NCBI GenBank assembly: GCA_021613535.1
Contig: CP075494.1
Span: forward strand, 11,222,001-11,286,000
Length of the DNA: 64,000 nucleotides
Source: Adineta vaga
Taxonomy: Eukaryota; Animalia; Rotifera
Reading direction: 5' to 3'
Shown: one piece after another, positions 13,901 to 27,903 of the stretch
Numbering within the stretch: the first letter of the stretch is position 1
Layout: the number at the start of each line of letters is the position of its first letter
Program-made: the position numbers and the translations under genes
The notes under the pieces: model-generated
Databases searched by the model: none
Told to the model about the DNA's origin: nothing
The model's input: only the letters and a program-made list of their open reading frames with translations

Positions 13901-16055
13901 CGAAAAGGCTACTACTCGGTCGGTCGTTGTCGACGAAAAGAGGAAGAAAGAAAAGATGGTGTGGTAGGATGAATAGCGTAGTATCGTACTTGTGCAATAT
14001 AGTATTTCTCGCTTCGTTCGTTCGTTCGTACGGCTTTTTTTCTTTTCTCCTTTTCGTATATGTTTTACGTCGATTTTGATGATATAAAAACAAGAGCATG
14101 ACTCAGATACTTTTATACTCCTCCGTCCAGTTATTTCAAAATCGTCAGAAATTACTCTCTATTCAATACATCATCCATATGCGAGCAAAAAAAGGAAAGA
14201 AAAAGAACGAACGAAAAAAGTTATGAGATTCTTATATTTCGTGTACAAATGAAAAGAATTCTTACCATCGATAGCTGATAATTTAAAACGTGGTAGTTGA
14301 CTAGCACATAAATGATGTTCATTACTTGAATTTAACTGAACCAATTCATAACTATCTTGTGTAGCTAAATATTCCAATGAAAATAAAGATAAATATATAT
14401 ATACATATATATTGTTAAGAAAAACACGTACGTAAAGATGAAATACGATCATGTTGATTCAATCGATGATCACTTGTTGTGTTTAACTATTGAGAAGAAA
14501 ATAAATTATAAAAATGTTAATGAAATAGCGAATATTTACCACCATGGTTGGTGTGGCATCATTATTAAATAAGTTAGTCGCAGATAGTAATGTTGGTTTC
14601 GTTTTTGTTTTTGAGAATAAGTCAGGTTTTCTCGCCGAATGAAGATGATGTTCATCATCACTATCGGAACATGAACCAGTTCGAGCACTTCCACTATTTT
14701 CTGAGGAAGATTTTGTAGCTATGGATGAACCATGAGAATCAAAATCATTGTTAACTATTGGTTTACTATATTCACGTGGTAAGAGTTGAGATTTGATTGA
14801 CTCATTGTTTGTATTTGATAATGTTGAAAACGAAGTCGTTGATGATGAAGATGATGATCGAGTAGGTTGTCGATCATCTTCATCATTTTTAAAAAAATAA
14901 TCTAAACTTGCTTCTTCATGATATTGATTTTCGAGAGATTTCTTCGGTTTCTTCATCATACTATTAGGAGTTATGTTCGATTCATTAATACCATTGGATT
15001 GTAATAGAGAAGATCGATTGTTGATATTACTACTACTACTACTAATCTTTGTAGTAGGTGATGAAACTCTCGCCTAAAATAAAGTGGCATAGTAAGAAAA
15101 GAAGAGAAAGAAAAGAAAACGAGATACACCATTGTTATTCGTCGTTCTGTGCCTTAGTAACACACGCACACCTATCAGCAGCACATTCTATACTAGGAGA
15201 ATAACGCACTATGACAATAGACTAATCGTTTTGTTCTTTTCTCTGATTAGATGATATATATATATATATGTCTTGAACTCATGTAAACGAATATGTTCAT
15301 ATTGTTTACCTTTTTATAATCTTGGAGTGAAATTTCCATAGCTGGTTTGAGATTCAATTGAACAAACGAATCAACAGGTGTATGAGCTCGATAATTAGTT
15401 GAAGTCATTTCATTTGTTGTATTATTATTATTATTATTATTGTTGTTTGTTAGAAATGGAAATTGTCGAGTTTGATTTCTTGAAAAAGAAAATGAGAGAA
15501 TGAAAATATGTCTAGAAATCAAACTAACTTCGAAGATGAGGAATATTTTGATGTTAAATCATGTTGTTCATCGCATGCAAGGTTATTTGCTGTTTTTCTT
15601 TCTAAATGTTGTTTTTGTTGAAGAATAGCTAATGATGTTACACGACTAGTTGATGAAATGGTTTGTTCAGTAGTATGATTATCATCATTCTGAATTATTG
15701 TTGATTGTTTTGACATATCAATTGTTGAAGAATCTGATTGTTGTTCTCGTTGATGAAATACACGTTGGTAGAGTTGATCAAATTCGTTCTCATCAAGTTC
15801 TTGAAAGTGACGAATAGATTCTTTTGCTGCTTCAAGCTGTAGATATTCGTCATGAAAGATTTAGAAAAACTCTATCTAGAAAAAAATCGAAAATCCCACT
15901 GGAATTTTACTCACTCGAGAACCATTCCATTCTGATGGTAAACTATCGTAGAGATGAAGAAAATGTTCTGTTTGTTCTGTACGTAATAATTTAGCTAATT
16001 CGAGACAATGTTGAGTGAAAAATGATTCTTCTTCGTCGTCATAATTTAAATTCAT
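10909..16055 (-). CDS. Large multi-exon Ser/Pro/Gln/Asn-rich low-complexity protein of unknown function
   Basis: Same-strand ORFs (15519-15716, 14483-14959, 12863-13189, 10992-12296) linked by phase-compatible GT-AG introns; start MNLNYDDEEE at 16055; last exon GDDEILLTDEQ*. No recognised domain. Confidence 0.65.
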
Positions 16056-17160
16056 TTCATTTCATTTTATAACTGTAGAGGCTCACAACGGTTAGATATG
16101 TCGCGAACAATTGTAGTTATATTATATGTTTATATATGTATGTATGTCTGAAATATACTATCATCCGGTTACCATGAACCATGTACGACGACCTCTAGAC
16201 ATCCATTTGAATCAAAGCAGTACAGTCACTGTGAAATGAAAAGTAAATTCGGAAGTTGAACATGATGATATATCGATAGAAGAATTTGTTTCATGTGATA
16301 GATTTTCGAAGAGATTTAATTTGATTAAAAATTACGATGAAGCATACATAGAGAGTGACATCTGTTCTAATAGGCGATAAATTGTAGCATAGATATATGT
16401 CTTATACAATATAACTATAATCGAGGATTGATACAGATGGAAATTATAGCCTTAGATTATCATAACCACAAATCTAGTAAGTTCTGAATTGGTTTCATCA
16501 AAAGAAAAAGAATGGTCTCATACTAATTAAAGATTGTATTTACTCTAAACGGATGGAAACTTTTGCATAATGTTATTACAGATTAGACACATTCATAGAA
16601 TCCATTAATTCTTTTTTTTTCTATTCCATTTTATTTGACTAACGATCATCGATTGTACTCAAAATACAAAGGCAATCTTAAATTTTCATTTTAATAAATT
16701 TTCCGACAATTTTTTCTTTCTTTCTTATGTTGTTTACTGTTCATTTCCAATAACAGAAGAACATATTCGTACAGAACCGATCAAATTTTAAGAAAAAAGA
16801 ACATCCAAACAAAACACTGTTCAACTATTGTCCTCAGCAAAAAAATCAACGACATACATAACATACAAATATATATATATATATATACGTATATATAGAG
16901 AAAAGAAGAGAGATAATCATACAATACAAAATAAAACATAATACTTTACAAATAACAACAATCCTTGATTGTCAATTAGAACTAAAACCAAACGAGAATA
17001 ACATATAGTTGAGCAAAAAATAAAGGAAAATAAACAAAATGAATGGACAAAATGTAGACAGTTGGGTACCCGTTACATCAGTTCTATGAAACTAACTTAT
17101 CTAGAAATCACAGTTATTCAAGAAAATAAAAAATAAACTATACAATAATTAATAATGCAT

Positions 17161-20100
17161 TCAATAAGGATAAGTAGTACTATGATGATGATGATGATGA
17201 TGATGATGGTGATTGAAAGAAGATGATGTTGTCATTGTTGTTGAATTATTAGTTGGATCTTGAAATGAAACATTCATATATGAATGTACAGATAAGAGTG
17301 GATTGTTTACTGGTGTATGTGATGTAGATGAAGGCGGAGGAGTTAGAAATTCATCATATATAGGAGTTTTCACTCTTGAATGAGAATCATGAAATGAACC
17401 TGTTGATATTTGTCCTTGATCATAGTGAAGAGCTGATGCTGATGATCGAAAAGCAGGTGAAGCATTTCGTTGATGGGGATAATTCGGTGGATAATATGAT
17501 GCAGATGGTGATGTTGATGTTGAAGAATTATATAGAGATGAAAGTGGTGAAGGAACTGCTGCTATTGGACTATGACTATCCATGGATACCAATCCAATTG
17601 GTTTTGGTGATGATGAATGAAATAGATTGTTAAATAAGTCTTTCTGTTCAACATTATTAACTGCGATAGCTGTTGCTGATGTAGACTGATGAGTTTGTCG
17701 TTTTACTTCAATTGTACGTGCTAAATGTTTGTTTTTAATTGTTTCTAATTGAGATAATTTATTAAGAATCGTATTCTAAATAGAAATGAAATAGAAATTA
17801 ATCTTGAAAAAAAAAGAAGAATATTACTCGTTTTAGTATATCGCTTGCTTGACCACCATTGGCTATTTCTTGTGCTCGAGCTGCTTCTAATTGAGATTCT
17901 AATTTTGCTTTAGCTAAAATGAAAGATATTCATCATCGAAATATTTAAGCAAAATATCGAGTATTTTCGAATGTTAAGTATTCAAATATTCCGTGAAATA
18001 TATTACTGACAAATTTTTTCTATTTTGCGAAATGCAATAGTTCGGTTGAGATTGTCCAATGTTTTCTTACCTGCTTTATATTTCCTTATAAAATCATAAT
18101 GTTGTTGTTGAAATGATTCAGGATTCATTGGAGCTTGATTTGCCTATACAATTAAATATAATCAATCGATTTCATTTCAATTTAGTTTTCTAACTCTCGT
18201 TCGATCCATTTGAGGCTGTTGTTGTTGTTGTTGTTGAGGAGTAGGAATTCGTGTATGATCATTCAAAAGTCCTGTCAATGTTGCTGGTGAATCACCTTAA
18301 AAGACGAAAAAAAACAGCAAATAAAAAACCAATAAGTCTTCTTCTTTGTACCGGATTGTTTTTCATGATTATACTGAAGTGAATTATTGAGTATACCACG
18401 TACAATCGAATCCGAATCTTGTTTTTTACGTAATGATGGATCATTCAAATTGATTGCTGATTCCATTGGAAATGTCTCTTGTATTATTTCATCTGAAATA
18501 ATTCAAAATCGAATTAAAAAAAACTCGAAATACAAAACAACATCTCTTACTAGAAAGTTCTTTTTCATTCGTTAATTGATTATTATTTCCATTACTTAAC
18601 CGTTTGTAACGTGCGGGCAAAGAATTAATCATATACGCTAATTCATCATCAAGATATTTATCATTTTCAATTAATATTTTTATATAATCTTGTATGGTTA
18701 ATGGTTGTGTTGATTTAGAAACATCAAAAATATTTCCTGTAACATTTAACGATTGTAATTTATTTGTTGAAAAACACATATTTAATGATGGAACACATAT
18801 ACGACATTCACCGGGTGGAATTGACAATGTATCTGTATCCGCTGAAGTAACTAAAGAATAAAAAACTTCATTGAGACAAGAAAAACAAGGTATGAGAACA
18901 TACTTAATTTAAATGATGAATTATTTCCTTTGATATCTGCTGCACATTGATGTCGCCATGCTGTTTGTAGTTCTTCAAATTGTGCTCGTTGTACCGGACT
19001 AGATTGATTTCGATATATATATATATACACATTCATAAAAGAAAGGCGATACATACCTGAGTACTTCATTTCGAGCAACAATTGTATCTTGTTTTCGATG
19101 ATTGGCGATTAATTTATACTCAGTTTGAAGAAAAACAACTGAACCATCACGAGCATTTAAACGCCACTGTAGTTTACTTGCACCAGTCGTTGCACCTAAA
19201 TGTAAAAATTGCAATTAAATATTCGAAATACAAAAAGAAGAAACTTTATTTTTAACTTACATTTCCAAAGTGCATGTAATTTAACTAAACGATCTTCATG
19301 ATAGACAAAATTAAATATTGAATGGGATATTAATTCATGTGGTAAATAACCGGTTATTAAAGCACCTCTAGTAAAACAAAATCATATGCACGAATGATTC
19401 GTTGAAAAACTTTGGAAACTATATTATTTTCTCTCTCACTCTCTCAAGAAGATTTACTTTTCAATTTGATGAATTAGTTAAACTCAAGTTTTCGCATGTT
19501 TAAAGAAAAGTATCTATGATTAGAAATTCTTCATACCGATGATCTTCAAATATAATTTCACCGACTAAATTGATTTTTGTATAAAATTCTTGTTTATGTA
19601 CATCGAATAATGTTATATCAATATAAGATGAATCATCTAATGTCAGAACAAGAATTGTTCCAACAGAACTACTATGTCGAGGAGTAGTTGAATGCACATC
19701 TAAAGATGAATATGTAAAATCGATATGAAACTATCAATGTTAGTCATCTTACCAACGCTATCTTGATTTAATTTTCTCTTTCGGTGAACTTTCACCTGTC
19801 GATATTCATTCGTTACAGCCATTATCATTCGAACACAACAAATATCAAATACTAAAAATAAATCAACAAGAATAATTATAAAATACAAAATGAAATTATA
19901 TCGTACATTGTGATGTATCCAAAAGAAATTTCAGGAACAAATCTCGTTCGCTATCTTCAATCAATAACAATATTGAAAGACCAACGATTTGCGTCTGAAA
20001 AAACATAATTTCCAATTGAATTCTCATCAATGTAAAAGAATTAACGAACTTGTTCAAAACCAAAATAACGTTTGATAGTTCTGGAAACATCGATGATAAT

Positions 20101-20563
20101 ATGTTGACTATCAAGACAGATCAGTATGCCCTGCATGGCGTCAAGCAATACATTGCCCATTTCGTCTAATGGTAATTGATTTTGCTGACGTGGCTGTGCG
20201 TATACAGTTACGTCAACTAGAAAAGAATTTAAAACGTAGAGATAATCATCAAATCGATCTACTCACATTTGTTTCCATCGGACATTACGCAAATGGATGC
20301 AGCATTGCCTTTGATTTGATTTTTGTATCAATCAAGTAAGATGATTAGAAAGAAGGAGAAAAAAAAAGAAAAAGAAGCAACCCTCGAAGACAAGAAAATA
20401 ATAATCCACTCGATAAATCAGTTAAATGCCAATATGACTGCTTCGTTGTCTTCACGACTTTTGTTTTTGTTTTCGAATATTTTTTATTTCTAATCGATAA
20501 AAAACGATTATCATCAATTTTTATTTTATTGTACTTACAGTCTATTTCTTTTTCACCTAACAT
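17161..20563 (-). CDS. PAS-A/PAS-B domain protein (bHLH-PAS-family-like) with Gln-, Ser/Pro- and His-rich C-terminus; 5' end uncertain
   Basis: Spliced exons give LLDAMQGILICLDSQHIIIDVSRTIKRYFGFEQ-TQIVGLSILLLIEDSERD (PAS-A) and EFYTKINLVGEIIFEDHR-GALITGYLPHELISHSIFNFVYHEDR...WRLNARDGSVVFLQTE (PAS-B); poly-His before the stop. Confidence 0.75.
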
Positions 20564-20956
20564 CTTGTCTGGTTCTTCTTGACAAATGATATAATCTGAA
20601 AAACAAAATTGTCATTAGACTTTTTTTTTCCTTTTCTTGAATATATAAATAGCAAATAACATGTAACAAAAAAAACCTTTACATTCACGTGTATGGCACA
20701 CAAAATAACTATTTGAATACATGTGTCTATGCTTTTCTTTCTCAGTTTTTTTTCTTCTCTTCTTCTTCTTCTTTTTTTTTTATACTCAATTTTCAGTCAA
20801 TGATGAAAAGAAAAGAAAAAGAAAATGACCGAAGAAACGAAAAAGGGTAAAAAGAATTTTGAAAAAAAGAAACTTATTGAATGTATCTACCTGCGAGGTA
20901 GAAGAAAAAACATCTTTAAAGTCATTGGAGTGGAATAAAGATTGATCATTCTCATG

Positions 20957-20982
20957 TCTATCTATCTATCTATCTATCTATC
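20957..20982. repeat. (TCTA)n microsatellite
   Basis: tctatctatctatc... run upstream of the PAS gene. Confidence 0.85.
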
Positions 20983-21821
20983 TTCGATTGATGATTATAT
21001 GCACACTTGAACTATTTGCTCCTGTTATTGTTGTTGTTGTCTCTCTGCTTCTTTTTCTTCTTCTCTTTAACCTACAAAAATTTTCAGTATCACAAGCATC
21101 AAGTAAAAAAATACGACGAACGAACGAGACTCAGACTCATGTATGTTACGTGCATGAGTCTGTGCGTTTTGTTCTCGTCGTTCTTTTCTTTTCTCGTCTG
21201 ACGGTTTCCTGCTGTCGTCAATATTGTCGTTTAGTAGGAAAAAAGGATCTACAATGAACATGATGTAAGTCGGGCTGTTTCAACGTCGACATCAATGATA
21301 GGTTGTGTGCATCATTGCTTTCTCAAAGAGGAAAAGATATTTTCAAGAACAGGTATCTAGTTTTTGAAAACAAGTATAAACATAGAAGAACAAGAAGAAG
21401 AAGAAGGGAAGACATATCTAGCACTAGAGTCAAACTGACATATTATACTTTTCTTCTCATTTTTGATTCTTTTCTTTTCAAATTCAAAGATGAATGAATG
21501 AATGAGTGAATGAATGAATGAAGAATAAAAAAGAATCTTATAGTTAAATCTCTCGTATTCATGAGAAGAAAAAACAAAGACTTCTCGTATTTCCCTTTTA
21601 GTTTTTTGTTAATAATAAATATTTAAGAACAAAAGTATGTGCGTGTGTCAGTAATTTCTCATACCTTAGTATATCTTCGAGCAAATGAATGACATGTATA
21701 AACTAAGGAAAAAAAACGGAAAACAACTGAAAGACACCACACAGATGAGCATTTAACATTAAACAGATATTTTAAAGAGAAGACGAAGAAAGAAAGAGAA
21801 AAAAAAGAAACTTAGTAAACA

Positions 21822-23865
21822 TTATGATGATTGTGTATGTTGATGACGACGTCGAGGAAATAGAAAAATACCCTTCTTTTCGAGAGCATCTTCTTCTAGT
21901 TCATTAACTGTTGCTTTTATTGATGACTTGTTTCTTAATAATAGATCATCAGTAATTTGAATGAATTTTAGTGTTTTTTCGCTCAGTTCGATTCGATATT
22001 CATTCGGTAATTTATCTGATTCTTTGAGTTTTTCATGATTAATTAACAATTGTTTTGGAATTAAATTCGTATTTGGACTGAATCGTAAATGTTGAACATA
22101 CAATGATTGTTTTGGATACTTTTCTTTATCATAATTAAAGCGTTGTAAATCATCACTAAAATCAACTTGAATATTATTTTCATTGCCATGTAATTTCGTC
22201 CATATTTGTATTGGTTGTTTTTCAGTATTGAGACAATATTCTACACCACAATCTGGATTTTCTACAGGTGGTGATAATACGATAGGAGTTGATTTAACAA
22301 TAGTACGTTTTGATTGATATACTCGAGAGAAAAAACTTGTTTTTTGTCCTTGTTGTTGTTGTTGTTGTTGAGATAGATTATATTGTTCCAAAAGATATGG
22401 TTGACAACGTAAACAACCAGAACATGAACGAGAATAAAGAATAGCTGGTTGTTCTGAAGCTAAGACTGATGTGAGTGAATTTGTCATAAAATGATATATT
22501 GAAGTAATCGGATATTTCAAATAACTGAAATACCATAAACGTTTTTGAAGTTGTTCAAGACGTGAATAATGACCGAAATCAAATGTACTTGCATAACTGA
22601 AAGTGTTACAAAAGAAATTAAAAGAAAATGGATTAAATCATTTAAATAGCTTAAAACAAAACATTACTTAATATATGTTGATAAATACATTTTCTATTTA
22701 AAAATGTTAGACTAATCAATCATATTGAGATTAGTATCACTCATATGATTACAATGATGACAAAGAAAACATGTTAAGTCAATAGATTAGGTTAATAAGG
22801 TTTCTGTCTTTTGCCTATGAGAAATCAATTACTAGATTAAATATTTGATCCAAACGTGTTCTTTTTCCTTTTTTTTAATCTAATTAAGTCTGAAATAATA
22901 ACAATGTAATCGATGATAACACATTCTTATGACATAGCTCAGCAAAAGAATAGACTAGACTGCCTCTTTTCTGATAAGAATACACTAAAAATAAACATTT
23001 AGTTTCTATACATCGGAATTATTCATACTATTTTAAGTTTTTAAAACGCACTTCCCAAAATATCCATCATTTTCTCTTATTCAAATCATTGGTTCGATTA
23101 AAACCTGCATTGAATCTATATCCTATACAAAATGATTCCTATCTAATCGTTCATCATTTTTGTTTGTCTTTTCTTAACATGCAAGATTCTTTAATCAATT
23201 TGTTTTTCATTCTATTTTTTACATAACAAAACTTACATGGGTTTATCATCACTATCTGATGTTGTTATTTTCAATAAAGGGCTTCGAACAATAGTTCCAT
23301 TAAATAAAGCAAAAACTGATTCACATAATAAACTAATATCATCATGAAGTTTCTTCTTATTTGTCGTTGGTAATAAACTACGTGCAAATGAAACATGTTC
23401 ACCAATTGGTACAATACAAATAGGAAGGTTTTCTAAAACAGTTGATTCTAATAAATAAGGTGTTAATTCACTTAATGTTCCATCACCACCAACAATCATT
23501 AATGCACTTATTTCATTCGGTTCAATTTTATTTGTTAGTAGATCAGTTAAACCGTTTGGATCTGTTATTGTATCAACACGATAAACACGTACATCAAGAC
23601 CGATCAAATGTAATAAAGGAAAGATCGTTTTATCGTAGAGAGATTTCGCTTTTCCATTGTTTGCTTTACCATTCAATAAAACAGCAACACGATTTAATCG
23701 ATTCATTGATGGAAAAGTTTGAGAACCTAATATTGAAGCTTGTCGACAATAAAATGCACGAATTTTATTTGCTTGATAACGATCATACGACCATTTAGAT
23801 CCGTACGATACAGCACAAAAAGCAAATAAGGATTTTTTCCAATGATTACGAAGTGTACGAAACAT
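21822..23865 (-). CDS. AGK: Acylglycerol kinase, mitochondrial (multi-exon)
   Basis: N-terminus MFRTLRNHWKKS matches the AGK TLRNHWKK motif; DAG-kinase catalytic motif IVGGDGTL and PICIVPIG; last exon in ORF 21822-22520. Confidence 0.9.
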
Positions 23866-26309
23866 TTCGTTTGATTATCTAGAATAGAAACTAGTCGAGA
23901 ATTACATTGAATTTATATGAGATACTGTCGTAGAAGAAAAACTAACTAGACTAGGTACCTATAGACGGTATGGCCAGTTCAGTTTACTACGAACGAGGTC
24001 GAGATAAGTTACATTCAATCAGCGCTACACTCGACGAATCGCCATATTGCATTAAACGCACATAGCCCTATTTGAAAAGAGAAAATCAATAGAGGGCGTT
24101 AATTTTTAACATATTGTAATACAGACACGATAGGAACACGTATGTATTGATTTTGTTTCGTGATCTTTTAGATATATATATAACTATTTTCTCCTTTATG
24201 TCTACTGAAAACTTATTCAATTTAAAGATGATTTGCATAAATATAAATATATTTGATTCTAACATACTATAATAAGGCAATAAAAGTACTGATAATACAG
24301 ACAATTGACTATTTGACAAATTACATGTTTATTAAGTGAATTGAAATCTAGCAAAAATTGTTGTAAGGTATTCTTCAGACTTTTTGTTTGATATAATTGC
24401 GTACATATGAGAAAATTAGAAATAACGTATGTTCAATACAGAAAAAAACTTATTCCTTTTTTTTCAACAGTCAATTATACTCCTCTGCATGATTTTCCTT
24501 CAACCGATCAGAGAGAGAGAGACGATATGAACATGCGTAGCAGAATAGATATTTCTGTCTAAAATCATGTGGAAATGAAAAGAAGTCTTTCTCCTCTTTC
24601 GTTTAATCTTTTTCAATCGGTTGTATACACGTGGTTTTATTATCATTTTGGCTGCGTATGAACTATTCTATATTTGTTTTTCGTCTTTGAACGTATATTA
24701 GATTATACGCTCAAAGACAGCGATATACGATATAAGTCTCTCTCTCGCTGTTGTGATATAGAAAAACGTCTCGATCGCCATGTGACTTAAATGTCTCTTA
24801 TGGGTTCGATACCCGTACTATATTATCTTGATGTCACATATGATCAGAAATGAATAATAATGCTTATGCATTTACTTAGTTCGTAGAAACTACGTCAGAG
24901 AAATAAAAATAAAATCAATTTTTTCTATTTTATTGTTAATACACACCTACTTATATATAATGAAATGTCACAAAGACTCCTTCTAAATAAGTTAGAGATC
25001 TACATTACGATAGAATTTTTTCAATGAAATACAGATTTGATTGCATAAAAATATCATATAATTTTATGTGCACTTTAATATCTATTGAAAAACACCCAAA
25101 GTGTTTTTAATAAACTTTCATATCATATGCATTCTCAAAATCGTTTATGAGACTGAGATCAAACAGTAAGTTATTCATATTATTCAAACTAAACGAAAAA
25201 GTTTCAGATCTTTTGCAGAACTTTTGATAGACGAAACGATAATGAAGTTATTGTAAGAGTTATTTAAATAAGAAAATTATCTGAATAACGGACTATAAGT
25301 TTTACAAGACGAAGACAGACATATTTTTTTTATTAATACAAATTCATATTCATCTTTTCGGCCCTGACTAAATGAATGACAGAACAGAACAAGAAAAGGT
25401 ATGATGTGGAATGAATTTTGATTGGTTTAAAGTGTAAGGATAAGTTACATACAATCTTATATGTAGCGTCTGTATGTATGTAGCTTACCACACCCAACCT
25501 TTCTTTCCTCTCTTATATTTTGTAATTATATTTGATAGATGGCACATTGTTCTGTACGTTTCATCCATCATTGTATTGTATTGTGTTACAATTATACTTG
25601 AATTTGCTCTTACACCTTATTTCGGTACAACTGCAGTTTAGTCACACCCTACCAGAGGTGAGCTAAGCCAAGTTCATAAAAACATTTAATACAATATGGT
25701 TGAAGATTTAAACCAAAATCTCCTCTTTTTTAACGTACAAGGATCTTCCGAAAGTTAAAACGTTTGAGGTGGATCATCGATAAATTGTGCGAAATTTTTT
25801 GAATAACTTGAAAAAATGAAATTTGCCAGGACTCGGAAGCATCGTGGCCTCAACAACTCTCTGATTAATGGATACTTTATGTTTTAGAAGATATTTTATT
25901 CATTGTTTAGATATATATTGTTCTAAAAATTAGCTTTTTAAAAACTATCGGTGAGTGGACAGCGCCTAGTCATGCCCTACCAAGGTTACGGTGCTAAGCT
26001 GAAGTGAAATTTTTTCTTTTATTTATCATATTATATTATTAAATATTAATCAAAATGAATTGAAATGTCGTCAAATTATATTGAAATAATATTGAATGGA
26101 ATGAATAACTCAAAATTTTCCATATTCTTTGTACTGTAGTTTACGCGTAATAGCTTTGTCTACATATATGATCAAATATCTTTAATCTATATTGCGATAT
26201 GTAATGAATATTTCGTTCGAAATTATCACTAAAATAATGTTTATTTCAAATAGAATGAAATGCACAAACATAAACATTTTTTGAAACAACAAAAAAGAAT
26301 TCACATGAA

Positions 26310-27300
26310 CTACATAGAATTATAATAGTTCAGAAAATGATTACGATACAACGGTTTTAAGCATAGCTTTTCGTTCATGTTGAATATATTTGTAACACCA
26401 ATTGATGTTAAATATCCATGAAATGATGTATTGCGATGTTTATCACTTCTGATAAATTTCTTAATCGAATCGTGCTTGATTTGATTTCGGTCGAACTTCA
26501 TTAATAAAAGTTCAATGAAAGTTTGGTAATTTATTCGTAAGATATTTGTTTGATCACGAATAATACCTTCAAGTTCATTAAATGTATTTATATTAAAACT
26601 TGTTTGGGGATTATCACGATTAAATTCAGCTATTTCCCACGTAATATTTTCATTTTTTGAATACAATAAACATGCATTAATAATGGACTTCGTATAATAA
26701 TAATCAGGAATATGTCGATGAATCATATCATTTCTAATTTCTTTAACTATAGGAGTTAGTATTTCGGCAATTATCCTAAGCTTTTTTGTTTCAATTTGTT
26801 CATCTTTCATAACATTGATTTGATTTTGTAAAAATTCAACCTGAGCTGTTAAATGTGAAGCTTGACTTTTAAACGTTCCGTTATCATGAATCAAAACCAT
26901 ACAAATACTTTTAATTTCGTCGATGAACTTCCCAGGTGATTCGATCCGATAGGCGGATTCTGGCGAAAAAACGATCGAATCTTCGCGAATCCGATGGGGA
27001 ATTCGCCGGAAGTTACCGGAATCTTGGCAACAGGATTCCGACAGGGTAAGTTCGACCTGGATTATCCAATTGCGAACCTTGCTCATGACTAATCGGATAA
27101 TACTGATTAATAAAAAAAATAATTTCATCAAGTAAATAATGTATACGTTGATTCACAGGTACTTCTTGATCAATAACTTGAACGAATTTATCTTCTGGAA
27201 TATCCCGAATAGCCTTCACTAATTCATTGAATGCTGGACATTCTTTTGAAATATATAATGAAAGAACAGATACACTCGAATTTTTAATAGTGTGTGACAT
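26310..27300 (-). pseudogene. Intronless orphan ORF (285 aa when reconstructed; coiled coil plus RNQIKH motif) frameshifted by a MITE insertion; possibly rescued by splicing
   Basis: ORFs 27013-27300 and 26310-27131 overlap in different frames; removing 133 nt (element plus one TSD copy) gives the continuous frame ...GSQLDKFIDEIKSIC... Confidence 0.7.
26931..27061. mobile_element. 131-bp GC-rich non-autonomous DNA element (MITE) with short CCAGGT terminal inverted repeats and 2-bp TT target-site duplication
   Basis: Left end cccaggtg, right end gacctgga; repeated internal cggaatc/cggattc/cgaatc motifs; tt at 26929-26930 and 27062-27063; clean excision restores the host ORF. Confidence 0.8.
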
Positions 27301-27903
27301 GACAAAATATTTATCTAAAAAAAGGCTATGAGTAAAATTAAAGCTAAACTTAATTTAAAAAGAAGATAGAATCTAATAAAACATAATTACAATACTCTAC
27401 TATATCGAAATCGTCATTTTATGTTCTCACTGTAGCAGTGTTGCAATAGATAACGACAAGAAAGTGTATATGTACACTGATTTTCTTAGAAATATGTAAA
27501 ATAATACACACATCAGAGGTAACTGATGATCTGATCTGTACATTTTGCTTTTTTTCCTAATACACATGCTGCTATAGGATAAAAAGAGTCGGAATTTGAA
27601 CCAATCAATCTGTTTTTTATGTCTTTCCGAATTTCCGAACGAAATAGAAACTCTATATCTTTGGCTTGAGTTTTTTAGACAAATGAAAAGGTGATGACGA
27701 AAAATGATTACTTAATTCATAAAAGAAAGTTATTTTATTCGATATTTTACATATAAAATTCTTCAAAAAAAATACAATTTAATTCATTTTAACCATACAT
27801 TCGTATCGAAAAGATAATAGCGTCATCTATCAACAGCTGGATTTCTTCTTCACTTGTCATTGTCATCACGTTATACAATGAAATGAAACATCTGTATATT
27901 TTC

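Noticed and set aside
20268-20312. Alternative frame QCCIHLRNVRWKQ resembling a bHLH helix 2
   Set aside because: Its splice phase gives an immediate stop in the next exon, so the other frame is the compatible one.
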